Part shown: piece by piece, positions 22,346 through 32,760 of the stretch | How the letters are laid out: every line of letters begins with the position of its first letter | Numbering within the stretch: the stretch's first letter is position 1 | Source: Escherichia coli O127:H6 str. E2348/69 | GTDB taxonomy: Bacteria > Pseudomonadota > Gammaproteobacteria > Enterobacterales > Enterobacteriaceae | Length of the DNA: 64,000 nt | NCBI RefSeq assembly: GCF_000026545.1 | Contig: NC_011601.1 | Strand: one strand, 5' to 3' | The notes under the pieces: model-generated | What the model was told of the DNA's origin: nothing | The model's database searches: none | The model's input: only the letters and a program-made list of their open reading frames with translations | Position numbers and translations under genes: made by a program

Positions 22346-22444
22346 GCTGGATGTGGCGTAAACGCCTTATCCGACCTACAAAAGCGCAAAAATTCAATAT
22401 ATTGCAGGGTTCATGTAGGTCTGATAAGCATAGCGCATCAGGCA
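22346..22444. repeat. BIME: pair of inverted REP elements
   Basis: gctggatgtggcgtaaacgccttatccgacctac (22346-22379) and gtaggtctgataagcatagcgcatcaggca (22415-22444) both match REP consensus variants in opposite orientation. Confidence 0.6.
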
Positions 22445-22456
22445 ATTTTGCGTTTG

Positions 22457-22494
22457 TCATCATCGGGGCAGAGATGTCTCAGCCCCGATGATGA
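22457..22494. other. Perfect 13-bp-stem hairpin immediately 3' of fruA
   Basis: tcatcatcggggc (22457-22469) pairs perfectly with gccccgatgatga (22482-22494), 12-nt loop; no adjacent T-tract so not a classical intrinsic terminator. Confidence 0.5.
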
Positions 22495-22501
22495 AGAGAA
22501 A

Positions 22502-24193
22502 TTATGCGTTTTTTTCTACTATTTGTGTTTCCGGGCGTTTGAGGAAGGCATAGGCCAAACCCGCCACCAGCGTACCGGCAATAATTGCTACCAGGTAACC
22601 CAATACCGGCGTAATAGCGCCAGGGATCAGCAGAACAAACAGACCACCGTGTGGTGCCATCAGTTTCGCACCAATCGCCATTGAAATTGCGCCAGTCAGC
22701 GCCCCACCAACGATACAGCACGGTAGCACACGCATCGGATCACGAGCAGCAAACGGAATTGCACCTTCCGAAATAAAGCACAGACCAAGTACCAGAGCGG
22801 CTTTGCCACCTTCCTGCTGCGCTTTGTCGAATTTGCGACGCGCCACCATTGTTGCCAGACCCATTGCCAGCGGTGGCACCATACCTGCCGCCATAATCGC
22901 CGCCATCGGGCCATAGGTTTGAGTACTCAGCAGACCCACACCGAATGCGTACGCTGCTTTGTTTACCGGACCGCCCATGTCAGTACACATCATGCCACCG
23001 AGGATCGCCCCCAGCAGAACCGCATTCGCAGTCCCCATGGTCTGCAGCCAGTGAGTCAACCCATCGAGAATGCCAGCAACCGGTTTACCGATTAGGTAGA
23101 TCATCGCCAGACCGACCACCAGACTGGAAATTAGCGGAATGATCAGGATCGGTTTCAGTGCCTCCATACTCTGTGGCAGTTTCAGTTGCGTACTGATTAA
23201 CTTCGCAATGTAACCCGCCAGGAAGCCCGCAATAATACCACCAATGAAGCCAGAACCGGTGCTAACCGCCAGCATACCGCCAATCAGACCCGGCGTGAGA
23301 CCCGGACGATCGGCAATGGAGAAGGCAATATAACCTGCCAGTACCGGCACCATCAGCGCAAAGGCTGAACCACCACCAATCTGCATCAGCGCCGCTGCCA
23401 ACGTACCCGGCTCTTTAAACGCTTCGATACCAAAAGCAAAAGAAAGCGCGATACACAGACCACCTGCAACAACCATCGGCAGCATGTAAGAGACGCCCGT
23501 CAGCAAGTGACGGTAAGCACCTGCACTCTCTTTCTTACCTTCAGTGGTCGCTGTTTGAGTTTTGCCCGCCGGTTCATACGGCGTTGCTTCAGCAACCGCT
23601 TTATCCAGTTCCTGCGCAGTTTTCTTCAGCGCCAGACCGGTAGAGGTGCGATACATCGGTTTACCAGCAAATTTCGCCAGATCCACTTCGATATCTGCCG
23701 CCACAATCACCAGATCCGCTGCTGCGACTTCTTCAGGGGTGATTGCATTGCCCGCGCCAACAGAACCACGGGTTTCAACTTTCACCCACCAGCCACGTTT
23801 TTTCGCTTCGGTTTCAATGGCTTCAGCCGCCATAAAGGTGTGTGCTACGCCAGTCGGGCAAGCAGTCACCGCAACTACGCGTTTCGGACCGCTGGCAGCA
23901 ACCGGTGCTGTCGCAGCGACCGGCGCAGTGTAAGGTTTCGCATGGCCTTTGGCTTCACTCAGGAACAACTCAGGGTGCGCAACTGCCCGGGAAATATCAC
24001 CCAGCCAGACATTTTTACCGTTCAGCGCGCTGTCATTCGGGATGGAATCACCGAGAACAATCGCCATTTCTGCGTCGTTCGGATTGTCGATGATTTCCAG
24101 TTTTGCTTTTCGCGCCGCCGCGCCCAGCAGGGTCTTCGCCATATAGGCGCGTGCCTGACCGAGATTAGCGTCAATAATCAGCAGCGTTTTCAT
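22502..24193 (-). CDS. fruA: Fructose PTS EIIB'BC component FruA
   Basis: 563-aa ORF matching FruA. Confidence 0.95.
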   Translation of the reverse strand: MKTLLIIDANLGQARAYMAKTLLGAAARKAKLEIIDNPNDAEMAIVLGDSIPNDSALNGKNVWLGDISRAVAHPELFLSEAKGHAKPYTAPVAATAPVAASGPKRVVAVTACPTGVAHTFMAAEAIETEAKKRGWWVKVETRGSVGAGNAITPEEVAAADLVIVAADIEVDLAKFAGKPMYRTSTGLALKKTAQELDKAVAEATPYEPAGKTQTATTEGKKESAGAYRHLLTGVSYMLPMVVAGGLCIALSFAFGIEAFKEPGTLAAALMQIGGGSAFALMVPVLAGYIAFSIADRPGLTPGLIGGMLAVSTGSGFIGGIIAGFLAGYIAKLISTQLKLPQSMEALKPILIIPLISSLVVGLAMIYLIGKPVAGILDGLTHWLQTMGTANAVLLGAILGGMMCTDMGGPVNKAAYAFGVGLLSTQTYGPMAAIMAAGMVPPLAMGLATMVARRKFDKAQQEGGKAALVLGLCFISEGAIPFAARDPMRVLPCCIVGGALTGAISMAIGAKLMAPHGGLFVLLIPGAITPVLGYLVAIIAGTLVAGLAYAFLKRPETQIVEKNA

Positions 24194-24209
24194 TATGCCT
24201 CTCCTGCTG

Positions 24210-25148
24210 TCAGTTAAAAGGTTGTAAGTCGACGCGCGCCATCATTGCGGCCAACTGCGGACGATCGGTAATACCCACATTGCTTTGACTTACCGCCAGG
24301 GCTGCAACAGCTGTCGCCAGACGCAGTGTGTGTTCACTGGATTCACGCATCAGCAAGCCATAAATCAGGCCACCAACCATAGAATCCCCTGCGCCAACGG
24401 TGCTTACGACATCGACTGACGGTGGTTTGGCGATCCATTCGCCGGAGGCATTAACCCAAAGCGCGCCTTCGGCACCCAGTGAAATAACAACATGCGCGAT
24501 GCCTTGTTCACGCAGCGCATGCGCAGCTTCAATCACATCTTTCATTTCAGGCAGTTTACGGCCTGCCCAGATTTCCAGCTCGCGGCGGTTAGGTTTCACC
24601 AGCCACGGTGCCGCTTTCAAACCTGCTACTAACGCTTCACGGCTACTATCAAAGATAATGCAAGGACACTGACTACGCAGGCGAGTCATCCAGTCGGTGA
24701 ACGCTTCCGGGCTGACGCCTGACGGTAAGCTTCCGCTGACACAGACCATATCGAACTGACCGAGCCAGCTCAGAGAATCAGTCACAAAGCGTTCCCAGTC
24801 GGCGGGGGTGACTTCAAAACCCGAGAAGTTGAAGTCGGTCACTTCGCCGTCTTTTTCCGTCAGCTTAACGTTAATTCGGGTGCGCCCCTGTACAACCTGG
24901 AAACGGTTGGCAATGCCCAGCTCGCTGAACAGTTGCTGAAAACCATCCTGATTGTCTTTACCCATGAAGCCGCCAACGGTGACATCAATTCCCAGGTCTT
25001 TTAATACTTTGGCCACGTTGATGCCTTTACCCGCCGCATGCAGACCGGTGGTTTTCACCAGGTTCACTTCGCCGCGTTCAATTTCCGGGCAGAAACCAAC
25101 AAGGTCATAAGCCGGATTAAGGGTGATAGTAGCAACACGTCTGCTCAT
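24210..25148 (-). CDS. fruK: 1-phosphofructokinase FruK
   Basis: 312-aa PfkB-family ORF matching FruK. Confidence 0.95.
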   Translation of the reverse strand: MSRRVATITLNPAYDLVGFCPEIERGEVNLVKTTGLHAAGKGINVAKVLKDLGIDVTVGGFMGKDNQDGFQQLFSELGIANRFQVVQGRTRINVKLTEKDGEVTDFNFSGFEVTPADWERFVTDSLSWLGQFDMVCVSGSLPSGVSPEAFTDWMTRLRSQCPCIIFDSSREALVAGLKAAPWLVKPNRRELEIWAGRKLPEMKDVIEAAHALREQGIAHVVISLGAEGALWVNASGEWIAKPPSVDVVSTVGAGDSMVGGLIYGLLMRESSEHTLRLATAVAALAVSQSNVGITDRPQLAAMMARVDLQPFN

Positions 25149-26278
25149 TATGCGCCCTCCCCAAGACCAGCAGCGATAGCGTCGCCAATGGCTTTCAGCG
25201 CCTGTTCAGCATCTGCACCCTGGGCGGTAAAGCGTAGGCGATGACCTTTCTTAACGCCAAGTGCCACAACTTTCATCAGACTACGTCCGTTTGCCGGTTT
25301 GCCGGTGCCATCAAGGTTTGTCACGGTAATATCACTGTTAAATTGTTTAATGGTATTGACCAGCATGGTACCTGGACGAGCATGCAGGCCGTGTTCATTG
25401 CGCACCACAAACTCCGCGCTTAACACGTCGTCGGTCGGCGCATCATCGCTGGTCAGCAGCGCCAGCAACGTTGCCGCATCCGCTTTCAGCAAGCGGTCAG
25501 CTTTATTATCGAGCAACAAATCAGCGAGACGCTTAAGAACCGCGATGGGCTGATCGTCATTCATCGCCACACTCACCAGCATGGCTGCCGTTTCGCCGTC
25601 CACATCAAAAGCATTTGCCGCACGGCTTACCGCAATCGCGCTACGCAGATTGCCTTCGGCGCTATCGCTCAGCCAGATACCCTGCCCGAGGTTCAGCGGT
25701 TGTTCATTGATGGCTTTGGTGACGAAAGTGGCGTCAACTGCCCCCGCTTCTTTCAGACGCGCAGCGTTCAGCGCCTGAAGAGTCAGCAGATCGCTGGCGA
25801 CGATATCCAGCGTCAGCATTTCGTTGTCGAGCTTCAGCTGCTCACTCTGCTTTTCGCCCATCAGCAATGCGCGAAGTTCTTCTGCTGTTGTTGCTGACTT
25901 CAGTTGTTCAGCAACGGAATCATCGCTCAGTACGTGGGTCAGCTGGCGTAGCAGGCCCAGATGTTCATCCGAGCTGGCAGCAATACCGATCGCCACGTAC
26001 GCTACCTGGCCGTCACCCCAGGTGACGCCTTCCGGGAACTGAAATACCTGAACGCCGGTTTTCAGCACCTGATCGCGGGTGTCGGTAGTGCCGTGTGGAA
26101 TAGCAATACCATTGCCGAGGAACGTTGAGGTTTGCTGTTCGCGCGCCAGCATGCCATTGACGTAGCCTTCAGCTACATTACCGGCCTGCACCAGCGCCGC
26201 AGCGACCTGGCGAATCGCCTCTTCTTTGTCTCCGGCCTTTTCGCCCGGATGGATGTCCTGTACGGATAACTGGAACAT
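25148..26278 (-). CDS. fruB: Fructose PTS EIIA-FPr fusion FruB
   Basis: 376-aa ORF with N-terminal EIIA-like and C-terminal HPr-like ([11 protein letters not shown]) domains; matches FruB. Confidence 0.95.
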
Positions 26279-26292
26279 AGTTCTCCTCTCTT

Positions 26293-26313
26293 GCTGAATT
26301 GAAACGATTCAGC
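26293..26313. promoter_or_regulatory. Cra (FruR) operator in fruB control region
   Basis: gctgaattgaaacgattcagc contains a TGAATCGTTTCA-type Cra half-palindrome just upstream of the fruB ATG. Confidence 0.55.
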
Positions 26314-26362
26314 TTCTATGAGAAAAAAGCGCCAACCTGGCTTAGGGTTAAAGACAAGATCG

Positions 26363-26376
26363 CGCTGAAACGTTTC
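26363..26376. promoter_or_regulatory. Cra (FruR) operator
   Basis: gctgaaacgtttca matches the Cra consensus GCTGAAACGTTTCA. Confidence 0.6.
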
Positions 26377-26644
26377 AAGAAAGCATAATACTTTTGTTTC
26401 AGCACGCAAGGAAAGCCGTAAAGTTATGAGCAAAAGTTTGATGTGCTGCACAATTTTTTGTCATTTTTCCTAATTGCTGATGGGAAAATCCGTTATCAGC
26501 AATTTCATTTCAGCAGCGTCAGCAGCCAATCAGCAACAGTGAAATGGCATTTTGATTATTCGTGGCGCTTTTGATTTCGCTGTCTGTTTATTTTCTGACA
26601 AGCAGCGTAAACTCCGCGTCTTCCTCTTCCAGTGATCGACCAGC

Positions 26645-27826
26645 ATGCATAACTCCCCCGCAGTCACCAGCGCGAAATCGTTTGACCTGACCTCGATGGC
26701 GTTTTTAATCGTTGCCTTTCTCACCGGTATTGCGGGCGCTCTGCAAACCCCGACACTCAGTATTTTTCTTACTGATGAAGTACATGCCCGTCCGGCGATG
26801 GTGGGATTCTTCTTTACCGGCAGCGCAGTCATTGGGATTCTGGTGAGTCAGTTTCTCGCCGGGCGCTCTGATAAGCGCGGCGATCGCAAATCGCTGATTG
26901 TCTTTTGCTGCCTGTTAGGCGTGCTGGCCTGCACCCTTTTTGCCTGGAATCGCAACTACTTTGTTTTGCTATTCGTTGGCGTCTTTCTTAGCAGCTTTGG
27001 CTCGACCGCTAACCCGCAAATGTTTGCCCTTGCCCGTGAACATGCCGACAAAACCGGACGTGAGGCGGTGATGTTCAGCTCTTTTTTACGCGCTCAGGTT
27101 TCACTGGCATGGGTCATTGGCCCACCGCTGGCTTATGCCTTAGCGATGGGTTTCAACTTTACGGTAATGTATCTGAGCGCAGCGGTAGCGTTTATTGTTT
27201 GCGGCGTGATGGTGTGGCTGTTTTTGCCGTCGATGCAAAAAGAGCTTCCGCTGGCGACCGGCACGGTTGAAGCGCCGCGCCGTAACCGTCGCGATACGTT
27301 GCTGCTGTTTGTCATTTGTACATTGATGTGGGGCTCGAACAGCCTGTACATCATCAACATGCCGCTATTTATTATCAACGAACTGCATCTTCCCGAGAAA
27401 CTGGCCGGTGTGATGATGGGGACCGCCGCCGGGCTGGAAATCCCGACCATGTTGATTGCCGGATATTTTGCCAAACGTCTAGGTAAGCGCTTCTTAATGC
27501 GCGTTGCTGCCGTGGGTGGCGTCTGTTTTTACGCAGGAATGCTGATGGCGCATTCACCTGTCATTCTGTTGGGCTTGCAGCTGCTAAATGCTATTTTTAT
27601 TGGCATTCTGGGCGGCATCGGGATGCTCTATTTTCAGGATTTGATGCCCGGTCAGGCAGGTTCAGCCACCACGCTCTATACCAACACGTCGCGCGTGGGC
27701 TGGATCATCGCAGGATCAGTGGCGGGCATCGTCGCCGAGATCTGGAATTATCACGCTGTGTTCTGGTTTGCGATGGTGATGATTATCGCCACTCTGTTTT
27801 GCTTACTGCGAATTAAAGATGTTTAA
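26645..27826 (+). CDS. setB: Sugar efflux transporter SetB (MFS)
   Basis: 393-aa 12-TM MFS ORF matching SetB. Confidence 0.9.
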
Positions 27827-28077
27827 GGCGCGGTCAGCATTTCCAGATCGATAAGCCAGGTCATTGCCTGCTGACGCGAGTTACCGCACATTTCAGCGCT
27901 GGCTTGTAAGCCTGCACAGACTTTCGGTCGCAGTGGCGAGGTGAAAATTTTACAGCGTTGCTGTTCATCAAGCTGAATGCAGGGCGTATTGGCGGGCTTG
28001 CCATCTGGCATACCGGGAATAGGGCTGGAAATTGAAGGGGCAGTGCAACACGCCCCGCAACCCGGACGGCATTCCAT
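27823..28077 (-). CDS. yeiW: Cysteine-cluster protein YeiW (UPF0153)
   Basis: Frame 27823-28209 trimmed to [45 protein letters not shown]... (84 aa); Cys-rich; stop overlaps the setB stop convergently. Confidence 0.8.
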
Positions 28078-28231
28078 ACGTTGTTCTCTTAAGGTTAACC
28101 ACCGGATTGATGAGCGCGCACAGTACCACCTTTTTTGCACCAGCAAAAGTGCGAATACCACTTGCCCGAAAGGCCCGTCGCGAGTACTTTGTCGCGATAT
28201 TTTTGACATTTTTGACTACAGGAATTTTTCG

Positions 28232-28804
28232 ATGCCAAGAGCGAACGAAATTAAAAAAGGTATGGTACTGAATTACAACGGCAAACTGCTGCTGGTTAAG
28301 GACATTGATATTCAGTCGCCCACTGCCCGCGGTGCCGCTACGCTGTACAAAATGCGTTTTTCTGATGTCCGTACCGGGCTGAAAGTAGAAGAGCGTTTCA
28401 AAGGTGATGATATCGTTGACACCGTGACGCTGACCCGCCGTTACGTTGACTTCTCCTATGTCGATGGCAACGAATATGTCTTTATGGATAAAGAAGACTA
28501 TACCCCGTATACCTTCACCAAAGATCAGATTGAAGAAGAGTTGCTGTTTATGCCTGAGGGCGGCATGCCGGACATGCAGGTGCTGACCTGGGACGGTCAA
28601 TTGCTGGCGCTTGAGCTGCCGCAGACCGTTGATCTGGAAATCGTTGAAACTGCACCAGGCATCAAAGGGGCATCTGCCAGCGCCCGTAACAAACCGGCGA
28701 CATTGAGCACTGGTCTGGTGATTCAGGTACCAGAATACTTAAGCCCGGGCGAAAAAATTCGTATCCATATCGAAGAACGCCGTTATATGGGTCGTGCTGA
28801 CTAA
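28232..28804 (+). CDS. yeiP: Elongation factor P-like protein YeiP (EfpL)
   Basis: Frame 27977-28804 trimmed to [30 protein letters not shown]... (190 aa); EF-P fold. Confidence 0.92.
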
Positions 28805-28820
28805 CTTCAGCCGCATGCAG

Positions 28821-28850
28821 AAAAGGGATAGCTCAGGCTGTCCCTTTTTT
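28821..28850 (+). terminator. Rho-independent terminator of yeiP
   Basis: aaaaggga-tagctcaggctg-tccctttttt hairpin plus T-tract directly after the yeiP stop. Confidence 0.6.
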
Positions 28851-29026
28851 AATTTATTATACCAATCTTCTATTTTGCGCTTCCTGAACACCTTACGCCC
28901 GCAATTTTCACTCGTTGATTGATCGCCCTCACACTTCATCGCATTAACAATCCAGACCAATTTCAATTGTTGTCATATAACTTTACACTGTCATTGTTAA
29001 TTAATCGTTACTAAGACGTGACTCCT

Positions 29027-30493
29027 ATGAATACAATCGCCTCCGTTACGCTCCCGCATCATGTACACGCTCCACGATACGATCGACAGCAGTTGCAATC
29101 ACGTATCGTTCATTTTGGCTTTGGAGCCTTTCACCGCGCACATCAGGCATTACTGACCGATCGTGTGCTGAATGCCCAGGGCGGCGACTGGGGGATCTGT
29201 GAAATCAGCTTGTTCAGCGGCGATCAACTGATGAGCCAACTCCGCGCACAGAACCATTTATATACCGTGCTGGAGAAAGGTGCGGACGGCAATCAGGCGA
29301 TAATTGTCGGTGCCGTTCACGAATGTCTGAATGCAAAACTGGATTCCTTAGCGGCAATTATTGAGAAATTTTGCGAGCCACAGGTGGCAATTGTTTCCCT
29401 GACGATTACCGAAAAAGGCTATTGTATTGACCCGGCCACCGGTGCACTCGACACCAGCAATCCGCGTATTATTCACGATCTACAAAACCCTGAAGAACCT
29501 CACTCCGCGCCAGGTATTCTCGTCGAAGCACTGAAACGCCGCCGTGAGCGCGGCCTTACACCGTTTACCGTGCTCTCCTGCGACAATATTCCCGACAATG
29601 GCCATGTGGTGAAAAACGCGGTGCTGGGAATGGCAGAAAAACGTTCGCCAGAACTCGCCGGGTGGATAAAAGAACACGTCAGTTTTCCGGGAACTATGGT
29701 CGACCGCATTGTTCCGGCTGCAACCAACGAATCACTGGCGGAAATAAGCCAGCATCTGGGGGTGAATGATCCCTGCGCAATTAGCTGCGAACCGTTTATC
29801 CAGTGGGTGGTTGAAGATAACTTCGTCGCTGGGCGTCCTGCCTGGGAAGTCGCAGGTGTACAAATGGTGAATGATGTCCTGCCATGGGAAGAGATGAAAC
29901 TGCGGATGCTTAATGGCAGCCACTCTTTTCTCGCTTATCTGGGTTACCTCTCAGGATTCGCCCATATCAGTGATTGCATGCAGGATCGCGCATTTCGCCA
30001 TGCTGCCAGAACATTAATGCTGGATGAGCAAGCGCCGACACTGCGGATTAAAGATGTCGATTTAACACAATATGCGGATAAGTTAATTGCACGTTTTGCT
30101 AATCCGGCACTGAAACATAAGACCTGGCAAATCGCGATGGATGGCAGCCAAAAATTACCGCAACGCATGCTGGCAGGTATTCGCATACATCTGGGGCGCG
30201 AAACGGACTGGTCGTTGCTGGCATTAGGCGTTGCAGGCTGGATGCGTTACGTCAGCGGCGTTGATGATGCCGGAAATGCCATTGATGTTCGCGATCCGCT
30301 TAGCGATAAAATTCGTGAACTTGTTGCGGGCAGCAGCAGTGAACAACGCGTAACCGCCCTGCTTTCCCTGCGTGAAATTTTCGGTGATGATCTGCCAGAT
30401 AACCCGCATTTTGTGCAGGCCATCGAACAAGCCTGGCAACAAATCGCACAATTCGGCGCGCATCAGGCGCTATTAAACACCCTCAAAATTTAA
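29027..30493 (+). CDS. yeiQ: Mannitol-dehydrogenase-family sugar-alcohol oxidoreductase YeiQ
   Basis: ORF 29018-30493 trimmed 3 codons to MNTIASVTL... (recalled 488 aa); long-chain mannitol/fructuronate dehydrogenase family. Confidence 0.88.
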   Translation: MNTIASVTLPHHVHAPRYDRQQLQSRIVHFGFGAFHRAHQALLTDRVLNAQGGDWGICEISLFSGDQLMSQLRAQNHLYTVLEKGADGNQAIIVGAVHECLNAKLDSLAAIIEKFCEPQVAIVSLTITEKGYCIDPATGALDTSNPRIIHDLQNPEEPHSAPGILVEALKRRRERGLTPFTVLSCDNIPDNGHVVKNAVLGMAEKRSPELAGWIKEHVSFPGTMVDRIVPAATNESLAEISQHLGVNDPCAISCEPFIQWVVEDNFVAGRPAWEVAGVQMVNDVLPWEEMKLRMLNGSHSFLAYLGYLSGFAHISDCMQDRAFRHAARTLMLDEQAPTLRIKDVDLTQYADKLIARFANPALKHKTWQIAMDGSQKLPQRMLAGIRIHLGRETDWSLLALGVAGWMRYVSGVDDAGNAIDVRDPLSDKIRELVAGSSSEQRVTALLSLREIFGDDLPDNPHFVQAIEQAWQQIAQFGAHQALLNTLKI

Positions 30494-30511
30494 CGATTTC
30501 TGCGGTTAAAG

Positions 30512-30560
30512 CGGATGAAGCTCGCCTTCGTCCGCTCTCCCCTTCTCTTTTCTGCCTTTT
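30512..30560 (+). terminator. Candidate terminator after yeiQ
   Basis: agcggatgaag-ctcgc-cttcgtccgct hairpin (one G-U pair) followed by a pyrimidine-rich tract. Confidence 0.4.
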
Positions 30561-30610
30561 TTAGCCAGGATTAACGCTCAGTTAACTTACCAGAGTATTG
30601 CGGAGCCGTT

Positions 30611-31597
30611 GTGACCAGAACCAACCTCATCACCGGTTTTCTCGGCAGCGGGAAAACTACGTCGATTCTTCATCTGTTAGCCCATAAAGATCCCAACGAA
30701 AAATGGGCGGTACTGGTTAATGAATTTGGGGAAGTCGGAATTGATGGTGCTTTGCTCGCCGATAGCGGCGCACTGCTGAAAGAGATCCCCGGCGGCTGCA
30801 TGTGCTGCGTTAATGGTTTACCCATGCAGGTAGGGTTGAATACCTTACTGCGTCAGGGAAAACCAGACCGCTTGTTGATAGAGCCGACCGGGCTGGGCCA
30901 TCCGAAACAGATCCTCGATCTCTTAACCGCACCCGTCTATGAACCGTGGATAGATCTGCGCGCCACGTTGTGCATTCTCGATCCACGCCTGTTGCTGGAC
31001 GAAAAAAGCGCCAGCAATGAAAACTTCCGTGACCAACTGGCTGCCGCAGACATTATTGTCGCCAATAAATCCGACCGTGCGACGCCCGAAAGTGAGCAAG
31101 CGCTAGAGCGCTGGTGGCAGCAAAATGGTGGCGATCGGCAATTAATTCACAGCGAGCATGGAAAAATTGACGGTCATCTTCTGGATTTGCCGCGTCGCAA
31201 TTTAGCCGAGTTGCCCGCCAGCGCCGCGCATTCTCATCAGCATAGCGTGAAAAAAGGGTTAGCAGCGTTAAGCCTGCCAGAGCATCAACGCTGGCGTCGC
31301 AGTCTGAACAGCGGACAAGGGCATCAGGCCTGTGGCTGGATATTCGACGCTGATACGGTATTCGACACCATTGGTATTCTGGAATGGGCGCGACTTGCAC
31401 CGGTGGAACGCGTCAAAGGCGTGCTGCGTATTCCCGAAGGGCTGGTGCGAATCAACCGTCAGGGCGATGACCTGCACATTGAAACGCAAAACGTTGCGCC
31501 ACCGGACAGTCGTATTGAGCTGATTTCCAGCAGCGAAGCTGACTGGAATGCCTTGCAGAGCGCGCTGTTGAAGCTTCGTTTAGCGACTACCGCGTAA
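30611..31597 (+). CDS. yeiR: COG0523/CobW-family zinc-binding GTPase YeiR
   Basis: 328-aa ORF, GTG start, P-loop GFLGSGKTT and CxCC (GGCMCC) metal motif. Confidence 0.88.
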   Translation: MTRTNLITGFLGSGKTTSILHLLAHKDPNEKWAVLVNEFGEVGIDGALLADSGALLKEIPGGCMCCVNGLPMQVGLNTLLRQGKPDRLLIEPTGLGHPKQILDLLTAPVYEPWIDLRATLCILDPRLLLDEKSASNENFRDQLAAADIIVANKSDRATPESEQALERWWQQNGGDRQLIHSEHGKIDGHLLDLPRRNLAELPASAAHSHQHSVKKGLAALSLPEHQRWRRSLNSGQGHQACGWIFDADTVFDTIGILEWARLAPVERVKGVLRIPEGLVRINRQGDDLHIETQNVAPPDSRIELISSSEADWNALQSALLKLRLATTA

Positions 31598-31635
31598 GGT
31601 TGCCTGCGTTTTTCAGTAAGATAATTAGAGAAAAT

Positions 31636-32349
31636 ATGATTAAAAATTTGCCGCAAATAGTGTTGTTGAATATTGTCGGCCTCGCGCTGTTTCTTTCCTG
31701 GTATATTCCCATTAATCATGGATTCTGGTTGCCGATTGATGCGGATATTTTTTATTTCTTTAATCAGAAACTGGTCGAAAGTAAGGCCTTTTTGTGGCTG
31801 GTTGCATTGACCAACAATCGCGCTTTCGACGGTTGTTCACTGCTGGCGATGGGAATGTTGATGCTGAGTTTCTGGCTGAAAGAAAACGCCCCAGGCAGAC
31901 GACGTATCGTGATTATTGGTCTGGTCATGCTATTAACTGCAGTGGTATTAAACCAGCTGGGTCAGGCACTAATTCCTGTAAAACGGGCCAGCCCAACGTT
32001 GACTTTTACCAATATTAACCGCGTCAGCGAACTGCTCTCTGTTCCCACGAAAGATGCCTCACGAGATAGCTTTCCCGGCGATCACGGTATGATGCTGCTT
32101 ATTTTTTCGGCATTCATGTGGCGTTATTTCGGCAAAGTTGCAGGCCTTACCGCCCTTATTATTTTTGTGGTTTTTGCGTTTCCCAGAGTAATGATTGGCG
32201 CACACTGGTTTACTGACATCATCGTCGGTTCCATGACCGTGATATTGATCGGCTTGCCCTGGGTGTTGCTGACGCCATTAAGTGATCGATTAATCACCTT
32301 TTTTGACAAATCACTACCTGGAAAAAACAAACATTTCCAAAACAAATAA
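31636..32349 (+). CDS. lpxT: Lipid A 1-diphosphate synthase LpxT (PAP2 family)
   Basis: Frame 31600-32349 trimmed to MIKNLPQIVLLNIVGLALFLSWYIP... (237 aa); matches LpxT (YeiU). Confidence 0.88.
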   Translation: MIKNLPQIVLLNIVGLALFLSWYIPINHGFWLPIDADIFYFFNQKLVESKAFLWLVALTNNRAFDGCSLLAMGMLMLSFWLKENAPGRRRIVIIGLVMLLTAVVLNQLGQALIPVKRASPTLTFTNINRVSELLSVPTKDASRDSFPGDHGMMLLIFSAFMWRYFGKVAGLTALIIFVVFAFPRVMIGAHWFTDIIVGSMTVILIGLPWVLLTPLSDRLITFFDKSLPGKNKHFQNK

Positions 32350-32760
32350 CTCACAGTAATTAACATCATCAGGTTTATTTTTATAGTGAGGATAATCCTG
32401 ATGATGCGCCTCCTGCTTTCATCCATCGAGCGCAAAAATCATTCTCTAAGTAAATGAATGGATTGCATGCGTTTCACTCAATCGTACTTTAATTGACCAA
32501 TCCCGCTGATTAACTTTCTGTATCACTTTTTCTTATAAAAAATCATGTAAAACCGCTCGCCAAGACCGCACCAATCGGGTAATCTCGAACTCGTTTTGCC
32601 TCGGCGGTAGATTATCCTCACAGCATATAATTTTGTGCGTTAGTCCACAGATTTGGCCTTAAGGAATTGTTTCAACATGCCCAGGTAATTAGTCTCGTGT
32701 CGCTTGGCATTTTTTTATAACGATATTTGTCGTTAAGGACTTCAAGGGAAAACAAACAAC

